Shown here in pieces: positions 34,362-43,739 of a stretch of DNA of 43,812 bases; within the stretch, counting starts at the first letter, position 1, and every line of letters starts with the position of its first letter. Below the pieces are notes generated by a model, which searched no databases, was not told the origin of the DNA, and worked only from the letters and a program-made list of their open reading frames with translations. Location of the stretch: assembly GCA_018831025.1 (NCBI GenBank), contig JAHJRB010000059.1:1-43812 (forward strand), read 5' to 3'. The translations under genes and the position numbers were made by a program. Source of the DNA: Nanobdellota archaeon (GTDB taxonomy: Archaea; Nanobdellota; Nanobdellia; SCGC-AAA011-G17; ARS1403).

Positions 34362-37300
34362 ATGAAAGGCTTTATTTTATATCCTACATATAGGGTAATT
34401 GATGGAAAAAGTTATGTTTGGTTGTTTGGAAAATTAGAAAATGGAGAGAGTTTTCTAACTATGAATAAATATGAACCTTATTTTTATATTAGAACAAAAG
34501 ATAGTAAGAAACTTTTAAAAAAAGATTCACCAAAAGACTATGAGATTGAAGATACTAATTTTAAGAATTTTAAAGGTGAAAAATTAAGCAGGGTAAAGCT
34601 AGAATTGCCTAAAGAAGTTCCAAAGGTAAGAAGAGAGTTAGAGGATGATAATGTTGTTTGTTATGAGGCTGATGTTAGATTTGCTCAAAGATATTTAATT
34701 GATAAAAATATTATGATGGGAATTGAGATAGATGGAGAGTATGAAATTGGAGAATTTGTTGATAAAATTTATCATGAGCCAAGCATTACTCCATGTGATG
34801 ATTTTTTTCCTAATTTGAAGGTTTTTTCTATTGATATTGAAACAAATAGAGATGCTAAGAAATTGTATAGCATTGCTGTTTATTCTGAAGGTTTTGAGAA
34901 AGTTTTAATGGGAGAAGAAGAGGATATGTTAGAAGAGTTTAAAAAAATAATAATTGATGAGGATCCAGATATTTTAACAGGATGGAATTTTATTGATTTT
35001 GATTTAGATATTTTAAAGAAAAAATTTAAACAGCATAAGATACCATTTATATTAGGAAGAATAAATCAAGCTTGCAGGCTAAAATTAGAAAGCAATTTCT
35101 TTAGAGACAGTAAAGCAGATTTTCCTGGTAGAATTGTGCTTGATGGTATAAGTCTGCTGAGGATGAGCTTTGTTAAGTTACCTAGTTTTAAATTAGGTGA
35201 TGTTGCTTATCAAATTCTAAAAGAAAAAAAATTAATTGGGGATAAAAATAAAGTTGCGGAAATTGAAAGATTGTTTAAAGAAGATAAGAAAAAATTAAAA
35301 GAGTATAATCTAAAAGATGCTAAATTAGTTTATGATATTTTAAAAAAAATTAAAGCTGTTGAGATGGTTATTGAAAAAAGTTTTTTAACTGGAATGCCTC
35401 TTGACAGGGTAAATGCTTCAATAGCTTCTTTAGATTCATTATATTTAAGAGAATTGAAAAAAAGAGGTTACGCTGCGAATTCTGGGAGTTATAGTGTTAA
35501 GGAAGAAAGGATTAAAGGCGGGTATGTAATGGAATCTAAACCTGGAATTTATGATAATGTAATTATTTTAGATTTTAAAAGTGTTGACTACTCTGAACCT
35601 ATATATTTACTTGATAATTTGAATAATGTTAAAATTATTCCTATTGGAAAATTTGTAGATTCTTGTTTAAATAGTGGAAATAAAAAATATTTTAAAAATC
35701 TTGAAATTGGTATGGTTCCCGGTGATTGGAAGGTTCTTTGTTTTGATAAGGATTACAAAGTACGGTATTCAAAGATTAGTCAAGTTTCAAGGCACTATAA
35801 TAATGAGCCTCTTTACGAAATCATAACTATCTCTGGGAGAACGATAAAGATAACAAAATCCCACAGCCTTTTCAGTATAAATAATAATTTTAGGCCTATT
35901 CCTGTAAAGGGTTCTGAATTAAAAGAAGGTAGCTCTATAGTGATTCCTTTAAAGGCAAATCTTCCATTAGAAAATAATATAGAAAAAAATTTGAATCTTT
36001 TATCCCTATTAAGAAATATTCCTAAAGAAAAATTAAAAAATTTAGAATTGTGTATTGAATCTAAACATTGTTTATACAAATATAAAAGAAGAATTAAATA
36101 TCTTAAGGCAATATATCGTAGAAATGGAATTGCCCCTCAAAAATTGGAACAATCGCTCGGACTTAAAAAATTATGTGTTTATCCAGTAATTAGGAATTTA
36201 AGAAAAGAAGGGTTAATTTCTATTGATAAGGGAAAAATAAAACTCACCCTTGAAGGACTGTCTTATTATAAGAATTTATCAGTTATTTGTAAATCACATA
36301 AATATAATCCTGCAACAGGTTTATGTTCAATCGATTTCTTGAAATCTTTTAAACATATAAATAAAGAAGATAATTACTTTCTGAAGTGGAAGTTGGGATA
36401 TAAATATACTCCTTCTAATTCTAGGATTAAATTACTTCTCCCTCTAAAGCCTCTTTGTTCTTTATTGGGGTATTTTGCTGCTGAAGGGTGTTGTGTAAAA
36501 TCTAGGAAAAAAGATAGGATAAATCAAGACCACTATAAGGTAAATATTACTGCTAGAGATTTACATAAAAAAATAGTAAATGATTGTAAAAAATTAGGAT
36601 TAAGGGCATATAATAAAAAAGAAGGTTTTGTTACTTTTTCATCAAAATTAATGTATTTTTTATTCAAACATATGTTTAAGACAGGTGTAAATGCACATAA
36701 TAAGAAAGTTCCCTTCTTTATATTTAATCAAGAAAATAAACTCAAGAAAATATTTTTAAAAAGTTATTTTGAAGGAGATGGTCATTTATATTCTCATGCT
36801 CAGCAATTTGCAACTGCTAGTGAAGAATTAGTTAATGGCATTGCACTACTCAATATGGGGTTAGGAAATTTAGGATTTAAAATAGGAAAGTATAAATCGT
36901 ATTATCATTGTTTTATTAATAATGATATATTTTCTAATAGAAAATTGAAGAGGGTTAATTATGCTTTTAGAGTACCGAATAAAAATATACCCAAAGGTTT
37001 TTTTGAAAAAAATAAAAGAGAAAAATATAATAAAAGTATAAATGCTAAAAAATTGTGTTCTTGGTTGAATTCCCAAAATATTAAAAAACATATTTTTAAT
37101 GGACATTTGGGAATAGATACAATTAAAAAAATTAGAAAAATAAAACCAACAAAAAATTTTGTTTATGACATTGGAGTAAATCCTAATCAAAATTTTATAT
37201 GTGGTAGAGGAGGGATAGTTGCACATAATAGTTTGTATCCGAGTATGATGCAAACATTTAATATCGACCCGCTTAACTATGTTGAAGATTGTAAAGGGAA

Positions 37301-38279
37301 GAATTTAATTACTGCTCCTAATGGTGCTTGTTTTAAAAATAATAATGGAATTATGGGAGATATAATTACTAAATTATTAATTGCGAGAGATAAATCAAAA
37401 AAAGAAGGTAATGAATTACAAAGATGGGCTATTAAAATACTTCTAAATTCTTTCTTTGGAGTAATTGCTAATCCTAACTGTAGATTTTTTAATTTGAATA
37501 TTGCAAATGCAATTACACATTTTGGTCAAAAATTAATTAAATTAACTGCTGAGAAAGTTGAAGAAGAAGGTTATGAAGTAATTTATATGGACACAGATTC
37601 CTGCTTTATTTTAAGTAAAGTTGAAAGTTTAAAAGAAGCTAATGAAATTGGAGAAAAATTAAATAAAAAATTGAATAGTTTTTTTAATAATTATGTTAAA
37701 AAAGAATATAATAGAGAAAGTAAATTAATTTTAGAATATGAAAAATGTTTTACTAGATTTTTAATGCCTAAGATTAGGGGTAGTGAAGAAGGCGCTAAAA
37801 AAAGATATGCCGGAGTGAATTCTAAGGGAAAGATTGAAGTAACTGGTATGGAATTTGCTAGATCAGATTGGACGGGGTTAGCTAAAAAGTTCCAATTGGA
37901 GTTATTAAAAAAAGTTTTTGAAAAAAAAGAAGTTAAAGGTTTTATTAAGAAATTTGTTGAAGGTATAAGAAAAGGAAAATATGATGAATTATTAATTTAT
38001 AGAAAAAATGTTAGGAAAGAATTGGAGATGTACACGAAAATCACCCCCCCTCACATTCGAGCGGCTCGCAAACTAAAAAATTTCCAAGGCAATGTTATTG
38101 AATATATTATGACTGAAGACGGTCCTGAGCCTATTGAAAATTTAAAAAATAAAATAGATTATGAACATTATATAGATAAACAAATAAAACCTATTGCCGA
38201 TAGTGTTTTAGTTTTCTTTGATCTTAGTTTTGATGAGTTATTGGAAGGGAGTACTCAAACGAACTTGAGTGGTTTTTAA
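34362..38279 (+). CDS. polB: family B DNA polymerase (PolB), intein-containing
   Basis: Exo motifs (FSIDIET, NFIDFDL), motif A split by the intein (ILDFK|SLYPSMM), KILLNSFFG and motif C YMDTDS. The extein is 755 aa. Confidence 0.9.
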   Translation: MKGFILYPTYRVIDGKSYVWLFGKLENGESFLTMNKYEPYFYIRTKDSKKLLKKDSPKDYEIEDTNFKNFKGEKLSRVKLELPKEVPKVRRELEDDNVVCYEADVRFAQRYLIDKNIMMGIEIDGEYEIGEFVDKIYHEPSITPCDDFFPNLKVFSIDIETNRDAKKLYSIAVYSEGFEKVLMGEEEDMLEEFKKIIIDEDPDILTGWNFIDFDLDILKKKFKQHKIPFILGRINQACRLKLESNFFRDSKADFPGRIVLDGISLLRMSFVKLPSFKLGDVAYQILKEKKLIGDKNKVAEIERLFKEDKKKLKEYNLKDAKLVYDILKKIKAVEMVIEKSFLTGMPLDRVNASIASLDSLYLRELKKRGYAANSGSYSVKEERIKGGYVMESKPGIYDNVIILDFKSVDYSEPIYLLDNLNNVKIIPIGKFVDSCLNSGNKKYFKNLEIGMVPGDWKVLCFDKDYKVRYSKISQVSRHYNNEPLYEIITISGRTIKITKSHSLFSINNNFRPIPVKGSELKEGSSIVIPLKANLPLENNIEKNLNLLSLLRNIPKEKLKNLELCIESKHCLYKYKRRIKYLKAIYRRNGIAPQKLEQSLGLKKLCVYPVIRNLRKEGLISIDKGKIKLTLEGLSYYKNLSVICKSHKYNPATGLCSIDFLKSFKHINKEDNYFLKWKLGYKYTPSNSRIKLLLPLKPLCSLLGYFAAEGCCVKSRKKDRINQDHYKVNITARDLHKKIVNDCKKLGLRAYNKKEGFVTFSSKLMYFLFKHMFKTGVNAHNKKVPFFIFNQENKLKKIFLKSYFEGDGHLYSHAQQFATASEELVNGIALLNMGLGNLGFKIGKYKSYYHCFINNDIFSNRKLKRVNYAFRVPNKNIPKGFFEKNKREKYNKSINAKKLCSWLNSQNIKKHIFNGHLGIDTIKKIRKIKPTKNFVYDIGVNPNQNFICGRGGIVAHNSLYPSMMQTFNIDPLNYVEDCKGKNLITAPNGACFKNNNGIMGDIITKLLIARDKSKKEGNELQRWAIKILLNSFFGVIANPNCRFFNLNIANAITHFGQKLIKLTAEKVEEEGYEVIYMDTDSCFILSKVESLKEANEIGEKLNKKLNSFFNNYVKKEYNRESKLILEYEKCFTRFLMPKIRGSEEGAKKRYAGVNSKGKIEVTGMEFARSDWTGLAKKFQLELLKKVFEKKEVKGFIKKFVEGIRKGKYDELLIYRKNVRKELEMYTKITPPHIRAARKLKNFQGNVIEYIMTEDGPEPIENLKNKIDYEHYIDKQIKPIADSVLVFFDLSFDELLEGSTQTNLSGF
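35580..37229 (+). mobile_element. PolB intein (550 aa) in motif A, Ser-1 type, with LAGLIDADG endonuclease
   Basis: Inserted in DFK|SLYPS. It begins SVDYSEPIYLLD and ends GGIVAHN followed by Ser+1. Endonuclease motifs are LLGYFAAEGCC and FLKSYFEGDGHL. Confidence 0.85.
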
Positions 38280-38330
38280 TATATTTTGTAGACTAATTTT
38301 ATTTTTAAAGATTATAAAGAATTAAAATTT

Positions 38331-38549
38331 ATGTTTGAGAAAGATTCTTTGAGTGTTAAAATTGGAAAAACTATTATTGGAACGGTGGGTACCTCTTTAA
38401 TTATTATTGAAGTTTATGAAAGATTTAAAAAATCATTTAATATTGATAGCCATATTTTTGCTCTTTCAATTTTGTGTATTACTTTAATTTTGTTAATTGT
38501 AGAACTTGTTGAAAAAAATAAGGAATATTTAAATATTTGGAGGTTTTAA
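38331..38549 (+). CDS. small membrane protein, hypothetical
   Basis: 72 aa with two hydrophobic segments. Confidence 0.4.
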   Translation: MFEKDSLSVKIGKTIIGTVGTSLIIIEVYERFKKSFNIDSHIFALSILCITLILLIVELVEKNKEYLNIWRF

Positions 38550-38557
38550 AAGTGAAT

Positions 38558-38656
38558 ATGGATAAAAAAGGTATGTCTCCCATTATTATATGGATTATTG
38601 CTATTATTTTAGTTATAATCTACTTATGTAAGACCGGTCAATGGTGTCCATTCTAA
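38558..38656 (+). CDS. possible 32-aa membrane peptide with MDKKG leader
   Basis: MDKKGMSPIIIWIIAIILVIIYLCKTGQWCPF. It has the same MDKKG + hydrophobic start as the pilin-like gene at 26584. It is very short, so this is speculative. Confidence 0.25.
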   Translation: MDKKGMSPIIIWIIAIILVIIYLCKTGQWCPF

Positions 38657-38664
38657 TTTAGATT

Positions 38665-39744
38665 TTAGGGTATTATTATAAAAAATCCAATACTCATTAA
38701 GAATAGATAAAGTGCGAATAAAATAATTAAAATAAAACCCTCTTTTCTTGTTATTGATTTTGGAGCTGAATGCAGGAACTTTATTGAAACTAATATTGTT
38801 AATAACATAAAAGGAATTTGAAATCCTAAAATAAAATTATTAAAATGTAATGTTACAAAAAAAGATATTAGAGCCAAACAAAAAACAAAGTTAATTATAT
38901 CACTCGTTATTAAATTAGTAAAGATATTCTCTTCTTCTCTATGGGATAATACTACTAAACCAATTGCAAATTCAGGAAGGGAAGTGCCTATAACAACCAA
39001 TACTGAAGAGATTATAAATGATGGAATTGAGAAGATATTCGCTATTTTAATGAAAGCGAGGACACTTTGATTTGCGAACCAACAAACTAAGATTCCGAAA
39101 AATAAAATTAAGATTAAAGCTAATGTTGTGTTTTTTTCTTTTGCTGGAGAGTAGTTTGAATGCTCTGTGCTAAAAAATTGGAGCAATAAAATAAAAAAAA
39201 CAAATAATCCGAGCAAAATAAAACTTTCATTATGGTCTATTATTCTCCCTGAAGTTGAAGATTGTGCTAAGGATTGAGAAAATGGATTTACTGTGAAGAA
39301 AATTAAAGAAATAGCAAGTAAAATTATTATTAAAGCTATTATTCCTTTTGCAACATTTTTTCCAGAGTTTAATGGTTTTAAAATAGCTAAGGTTCCTAAA
39401 ACTAAAGTTAAATTAGCTACATTTGTTCCTATTATACTATTAATAGCTATATCTAATTCTCCTGCTAGTGCAGCTGTTAAAGCAAAAACTATCAATGGTA
39501 AAGAACTAGATAACCCCAACAATGCTGTTCCGATTGCTGGACCTGTTTTTGTACTTATTGCAGAAACATTTTTTTCTAAAAATATAGCTGAGATCATCAT
39601 TGCAATTAATAATCCAAAAGCAAGCAAAAATAATTGATTTGTAGGCATGTTTAAAGAAAGTTCTGGACCGAAGCTAGAACCCATAGCTAAAGAAGTAGTT
39701 GAGAATAATAAAAAAACTAATGCTAATAATATACCTCTTTTCAT
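38665..39744 (-). CDS. Ca2+/cation antiporter (CaCA/YrbG-like) membrane protein
   Basis: 359 aa, polytopic. The alpha-2 repeat IGTSLPEFAIGL is canonical; a degenerate alpha-1 repeat (GLSSSLPLIV...GTNVANLTLVLG) is present. Confidence 0.65.
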   Translation of the reverse strand: MKRGILLALVFLLFSTTSLAMGSSFGPELSLNMPTNQLFLLAFGLLIAMMISAIFLEKNVSAISTKTGPAIGTALLGLSSSLPLIVFALTAALAGELDIAINSIIGTNVANLTLVLGTLAILKPLNSGKNVAKGIIALIIILLAISLIFFTVNPFSQSLAQSSTSGRIIDHNESFILLGLFVFFILLLQFFSTEHSNYSPAKEKNTTLALILILFFGILVCWFANQSVLAFIKIANIFSIPSFIISSVLVVIGTSLPEFAIGLVVLSHREEENIFTNLITSDIINFVFCLALISFFVTLHFNNFILGFQIPFMLLTILVSIKFLHSAPKSITRKEGFILIILFALYLFLMSIGFFIIIP

Positions 39745-39783
39745 AATTATAATTAATAATAAGTTAAGTATAAACTTTTTGGT

Positions 39784-40437
39784 TTAGAAATCTTCTATTG
39801 ACTTTGAGATTGGTAAAGAGCAAGAATTGGGGTCAAATAAATAACAGTTTAAGTGGTCAAAATATCCACATCTAAAATGTTCTAAAGGTATTTTAGTTCT
39901 AACACTTAACATTAAAGCGTAGAAGTAAATTTGGGTTGCTGCATATTGTTCTTTTTGTGCATTTGGTTTGTAATCTAAAATCCAAATCTTATTATCTTGA
40001 ACTCTTAAAATATCTATATGGCCAGTTAATGGCTCAGTAGAATTAAATAATTTCTGATAGGTTTTTAATTCATTGTGTTTTAACCATAAAGGGACTTCAC
40101 AAGCTATTGAAGAACTATCATGTTCTAGCATAAATACCTGAACTTTTGAATGTGCTGTAGAGTACCTTTCATTATTTTTTTCTAAACCGTGGTGGGTTAA
40201 TAAGCATAATTCATGTTTTGGAATATTTTTTACATCTAAGTTTGATAATTTGAATTTTAATGAAGAAGATCTGGGACCTTGGAAAAAATATTTATCTGGA
40301 CAGGATTCAAACATAGCTTCTAAATAATCTTTTAAGGGTTTTAAAGGACCACTACATAAGTTGTTTAATTTTAATTTATGAACCCTATAATGATAATAAC
40401 CACCTTTATGGTCGAAGCTAAAATTTCTAATCACCAT
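39784..40437 (-). CDS. PD-(D/E)xK (RecB/Cas4-like) nuclease-fold protein
   Basis: GHIDILRV...KIWILDYKPN...QYAATQIYFYALML fits the D...(D/E)xK...QxxxY arrangement. ATG at 40437 is preferred over the TTG at 40443 in the track. Confidence 0.5.
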   Translation of the reverse strand: MVIRNFSFDHKGGYYHYRVHKLKLNNLCSGPLKPLKDYLEAMFESCPDKYFFQGPRSSSLKFKLSNLDVKNIPKHELCLLTHHGLEKNNERYSTAHSKVQVFMLEHDSSSIACEVPLWLKHNELKTYQKLFNSTEPLTGHIDILRVQDNKIWILDYKPNAQKEQYAATQIYFYALMLSVRTKIPLEHFRCGYFDHLNCYLFDPNSCSLPISKSIEDF

Positions 40438-40517
40438 CTTCAATTTTAAAAAATTATAAGTAACTAATAAATATATCGGTAGAAAACTATTTATAGTTTG
40501 TAATTAAATAAGATTTT

Positions 40518-40781
40518 ATGAGTCTAATGGAAACAATTTGTAATATTATTCCGGTAAGTGGAGAAAATTGTTCTTTGATTTTTAAATTGGAACCCAAGTA
40601 TTATCTAATTATATTATTAGTATCCATTGTTATTGTGTTATTAGTAGTGTTTCCTATTTATTTTAAGCTCCAAAATGTAGATTTTAAAATTAAGAATTTT
40701 TTATGGAAATCCTTTGCTTTACTTGTAATTATATTTTTAATTCTTTTAGTACTTTTTATATATTTTTTACCAAAATCTTGA
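40518..40781 (+). CDS. small membrane protein, hypothetical
   Basis: 87 aa with two long hydrophobic helices. Confidence 0.4.
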   Translation: MSLMETICNIIPVSGENCSLIFKLEPKYYLIILLVSIVIVLLVVFPIYFKLQNVDFKIKNFLWKSFALLVIIFLILLVLFIYFLPKS

Positions 40782-40826
40782 TAGGATATCGGTAAATTTT
40801 TAAGTTTATTTTGTTTAAAGATAGTT

Positions 40827-40871
40827 ATGGGAGTTAAATTAACTGGATTTATATTATGTATATTCTATTAG
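40827..40871 (+). pseudogene. possible remnant of a fen1 5' end
   Basis: atgggagttaaattaactgga... encodes MGVKLTGF...* (stop after 14 codons). Compare the fen1 start atgggtgttaaactgccagga = MGVKLPGI at 41227. The match is short, so chance cannot be excluded. Confidence 0.35.
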
Positions 40872-40911
40872 AATAATATTTAAATACTATAAAATCTTAT
40901 AAAATAATACT

Positions 40912-41046
40912 ATGAAAGAAGAATTTTTAAGAACGATTATAAGAAATGGTGGAAGTTTGGCAATCAATATCCCGAAGGAGATTAAGCAGTTATTAAAGGT
41001 AAAAGAAGGAGAGATTGTTAGAGTTGTTATCGAGAAAAGGAAATGA
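40912..41046 (+). CDS. AbrB/SpoVT (MazE-like) swapped-hairpin DNA-binding protein
   Basis: 44-aa ORF not in the track: MKEEFLRTIIRNGGSLAINIPKEIKQLLKVKEGEIVRVVIEKRK. GGSLAINIPKEI...VKEGE.V is the classical AbrB-type antitoxin pattern. It shares an ATGA overlap with the next ORF. TATA TTTAAATA lies about 30 nt upstream. Confidence 0.6.
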   Translation: MKEEFLRTIIRNGGSLAINIPKEIKQLLKVKEGEIVRVVIEKRK

Positions 41047-41237
41047 AAATTCAAACTAACTGGAATATGAACTTAGAGAAAACTCTGGAATTACATAAAG
41101 AAGTAGTTTTTCTATCTAAAAGATTTAGAAACTGTTTTGATTGGAGAATTCTTTTACATCCTATAGGAGGTTTTTCTTTAAATAAAGTTATCGAAAAATT
41201 ACCAAACGTTATACAGGAGATAAAAAATGGGTGTTAA
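41043..41237 (+). CDS. 64-aa hypothetical protein, translationally coupled to the AbrB-like gene
   Basis: MKIQTNWNMNLEKTLELHKEVVFLSKRFRNCFDWRILLHPIGGFSLNKVIEKLPNVIQEIKNGC. No known motif. It overlaps the fen1 start by 11 nt. Confidence 0.4.
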   Translation: MKIQTNWNMNLEKTLELHKEVVFLSKRFRNCFDWRILLHPIGGFSLNKVIEKLPNVIQEIKNGC

Positions 41238-42243
41238 ACTGCCAGGAATATTACCTGTGAAAACAATTTCATGGGAAGAATTAAAAGGGAAGAAGATTGG
41301 GATAGATTTTAGTAATTGTGCATATCAATTCTTAAGTTCTATAAGACAGAGAGATGGAACGCCGCTTATGGATTCTAAAGGTAGAGTAACCTCTCATTTA
41401 TCAGGTTTATTCTATAGATCCTCTAATTTAATACAAAAAGGATTGAAATTATGTTATATTTTTGATGGAAAGCCACCTTCTTTAAAGATTGTAACACAAG
41501 AAGAAAGAGAGCATAGGAAAAGGATAGCAGAAACAAGATTAGAGAAAGCTAGAGAGGAAGAAGATATAGAGGCTATGGGAAAATATAGTAAGCAGACTAC
41601 TAGAATGAGTAAAGAGATTGTTAAAGAAAGTAAGGAATTATTAAAAGCTATGGGGATTCCGATTATACAAAGTCCTAGTGAATCAGATGCACAGGGTTCT
41701 TTTATGGTTGAAAATGGAGATCTAGATTATTTTGCTTCTAGCGATCAAGATTGTTTATTGCATAATTGTCCTAGATTAATTCCCAATTTAACTTTATCTC
41801 AAACCAGGAAAGTTGGAGGAAGTTATGTTTATATTCAACCCCAAATTATTGAATTAGAAGATGTGCTTAATCATTTAGGGATAGATAGAGATAGATTAAT
41901 TGTTATGGGAATCCTCACGGGAACGGACTATAATCCAAAAGGAATTCCTGGGATTGGTCCAAAGAAAGCTCTTAATTTAGTTAAACAATTTAAGAAATTT
42001 GATACTTTATTCAAAAATGTTGAAGCTGATTTTAACTGGAAAAAGATTTATGCTATTTTTAAATCAATGCCTGTAATGAAAGAATATCAACTTAAATGGG
42101 ATAATGTAAATGAAAGTAAAATTAGAAAACTGCTTATTAAAGAACATGAATTTGGTGAAGAAAGAGTTGAGAAAGTTTTAGAAAAGTTAAAGAAAAAAGA
42201 TAAAAAGAAAGAACAGAAAGGATTGGGGGATTTTATAAAATAG
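41227..42243 (+). CDS. fen: flap endonuclease 1 (FEN1)
   Basis: 338 aa. XPG-N (MGVKL...IDFSNCAYQFL), XPG-I (SESDAQGSFM...SSDQDCLL), H3TH (GTDYNPKGIPGIGPKKA) and C-terminal PIP box QKGLGDFI. Confidence 0.9.
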   Translation: MGVKLPGILPVKTISWEELKGKKIGIDFSNCAYQFLSSIRQRDGTPLMDSKGRVTSHLSGLFYRSSNLIQKGLKLCYIFDGKPPSLKIVTQEEREHRKRIAETRLEKAREEEDIEAMGKYSKQTTRMSKEIVKESKELLKAMGIPIIQSPSESDAQGSFMVENGDLDYFASSDQDCLLHNCPRLIPNLTLSQTRKVGGSYVYIQPQIIELEDVLNHLGIDRDRLIVMGILTGTDYNPKGIPGIGPKKALNLVKQFKKFDTLFKNVEADFNWKKIYAIFKSMPVMKEYQLKWDNVNESKIRKLLIKEHEFGEERVEKVLEKLKKKDKKKEQKGLGDFIK

Positions 42244-42320
42244 GGCTAAGTCAAGTTATCTGTGTTAGCTAACATTAGTAGGGCTCAGGAATTTGGAATT
42301 TAGCTATCTGGAGGCTTGGG

Positions 42321-42326
42321 TTTTTT
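42321..42326 (+). terminator. oligo-T tract downstream of fen1
   Basis: GGGTTTTTTC follows a GC-richer stretch containing the inverted repeat TAGCTAA...TTAGCTA (42267-42306). This is archaeal-type T-run termination; the assignment is inference only. Confidence 0.3.
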
Positions 42327-42396
42327 CAAAACACAATTAAGTTGACTGTACCTAAAATAGAAAAGTTTAAATAGTATAATTTTAATTAGTATAACT

Positions 42397-43725
42397 ATGA
42401 TTATACAATTTAAGAACAGAAAAAAAGAAATTAAAGAAATTAAAGATGTTCTTAACTCAAGAAATTTTGAGTTCTTAATAGTGTATGGAAGAAGAAGGAT
42501 AGGAAAAACAGAGTTAATTTTGAATGCGACAAAAAATTCTAAGAGAATATATTATTTAGCTACTGGAGAGAATAATTTAACGAGATTTTATAATGTTGCT
42601 TCTAAATATGATCCGAATGTTATTAAATTAAAAAAAGATTGGGAAATTTTATTTGATTATTTAAAGGATAAAACAGATGTCATAATATTGGATGAATTTC
42701 AAAATCTGATTAAAGAAGATAAAAATATTTTACATCTATTTCAATCTATAGTTGATATTATCCTTAAAAAATCTAATATGAAGTTAATATTGCTTGGTTC
42801 TTCTGTTTCTATGATGACTTCCAAAGTTTTAAGCTATCAAAGCCCCTTGTATGGGAGAAAAACAGAATCTATGAATCTAAAAGCTATTTCCTTTTTTGAC
42901 TTACATGATTTTTTCCCTTCTATGAATATTAAAAAATTAGTAGAAGTCTATGGTTTTTCCGATGGAATTCCTTTTTATCTAAATAAAATTTGTGATGAAT
43001 TTTGGAAATGGTTGGAAAATGAGATAAAAAAAGAGAGCGTTTTTTTAAAGGATGAAGTTGATTTTTTGATGAGATATGAGTTTGAAGATGTTGGCACTTA
43101 TAAATTAATTTTAGAAGCTATTGCTAATGGCCATAGCAAACTTAATAATATTAAAAATTTTATAAAAGTTGAAAGAACAGATATTAGTCCTTATCTTAGA
43201 AATCTTATAGAAGTTGATTTTATCGAAAGAAAGGTTCCTGTTACAGAAAATATTAAATCAAGAGAGGGAAGATATTATCTCTCTGATAATTTTTTGAAAT
43301 TTTGGTTTAGATTTATTTATCCTAATTTAAGTTCTTTAGAAGAAGGCATTTTAAATACAAATACTATAAAAAAAGAATATAATGCTTATTTAGGAAAAAT
43401 ATTTGAGGAAATTGTTAAAGAATTTGTTATTAAAAGTAAATTTTTTAAATTTGATAAGATAGGAGGATGGTGGCATAAAGATAAAGAAATCGATTTAATT
43501 GCTTTAAATGGTGATAAAGAAATTTTATTTGTAGAATGTAAATGGAAAGATAATGTAAATGTTATAAAGATTTTAAAAAATTTAAAAGAAAAAACAAAAT
43601 ATGTTGAGTGGCATAATAATAAAAGGGAGGAATATTTTTGTATTGTTGCTAAAAGTTTTAAAAGAAAAATAAAAGAAAAAAATTTGTATTTGTTTGATTT
43701 GAAAGATTTTGAAAAAAAGTTTTGA
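42397..43725 (+). CDS. Arch_ATPase-type P-loop ATPase with C-terminal DUF234
   Basis: 442 aa. Walker A YGRRRIGKTEL, Walker B VIILDEFQ, and C-terminal EIDLIALNGDKEILFVECKW (PD-(D/E)xK-like DUF234 module). Confidence 0.8.
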   Translation: MIIQFKNRKKEIKEIKDVLNSRNFEFLIVYGRRRIGKTELILNATKNSKRIYYLATGENNLTRFYNVASKYDPNVIKLKKDWEILFDYLKDKTDVIILDEFQNLIKEDKNILHLFQSIVDIILKKSNMKLILLGSSVSMMTSKVLSYQSPLYGRKTESMNLKAISFFDLHDFFPSMNIKKLVEVYGFSDGIPFYLNKICDEFWKWLENEIKKESVFLKDEVDFLMRYEFEDVGTYKLILEAIANGHSKLNNIKNFIKVERTDISPYLRNLIEVDFIERKVPVTENIKSREGRYYLSDNFLKFWFRFIYPNLSSLEEGILNTNTIKKEYNAYLGKIFEEIVKEFVIKSKFFKFDKIGGWWHKDKEIDLIALNGDKEILFVECKWKDNVNVIKILKNLKEKTKYVEWHNNKREEYFCIVAKSFKRKIKEKNLYLFDLKDFEKKF

Positions 43726-43739
43726 AGAGAAAGTGATTT

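Noticed and set aside
7415-39637. Short ORFs antisense to or nested in long conserved genes. These are 7415-7621, 8030-8308, 9753-10037, 10633-10878, 11464-11667, 13450-13796, 14241-14468, 14799-14996, 15525-15713, 20012-20251, 20312-20824, 23188-23421, 24741-24947, 26865-27056, 28592-28900, 29080-29280, 29525-30015, 33914-34129, 35813-36079, 36870-37253 and 39293-39637.
   Set aside because: They have low-complexity, Phe/Leu/Ile/Ser-rich translations typical of the reverse strand of AT-rich coding DNA. Each is fully contained in a gene with strong homology signals.
42244-42396. tRNA or att-site tRNA fragment in the GC-richer spacer after fen1
   Set aside because: There is no T-loop, D-arm signature or acceptor pairing on either strand. 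Only an inverted repeat (TAGCTAA/TTAGCTA) and a T-run are present. It is treated as a terminator or unexplained part of the insertion.
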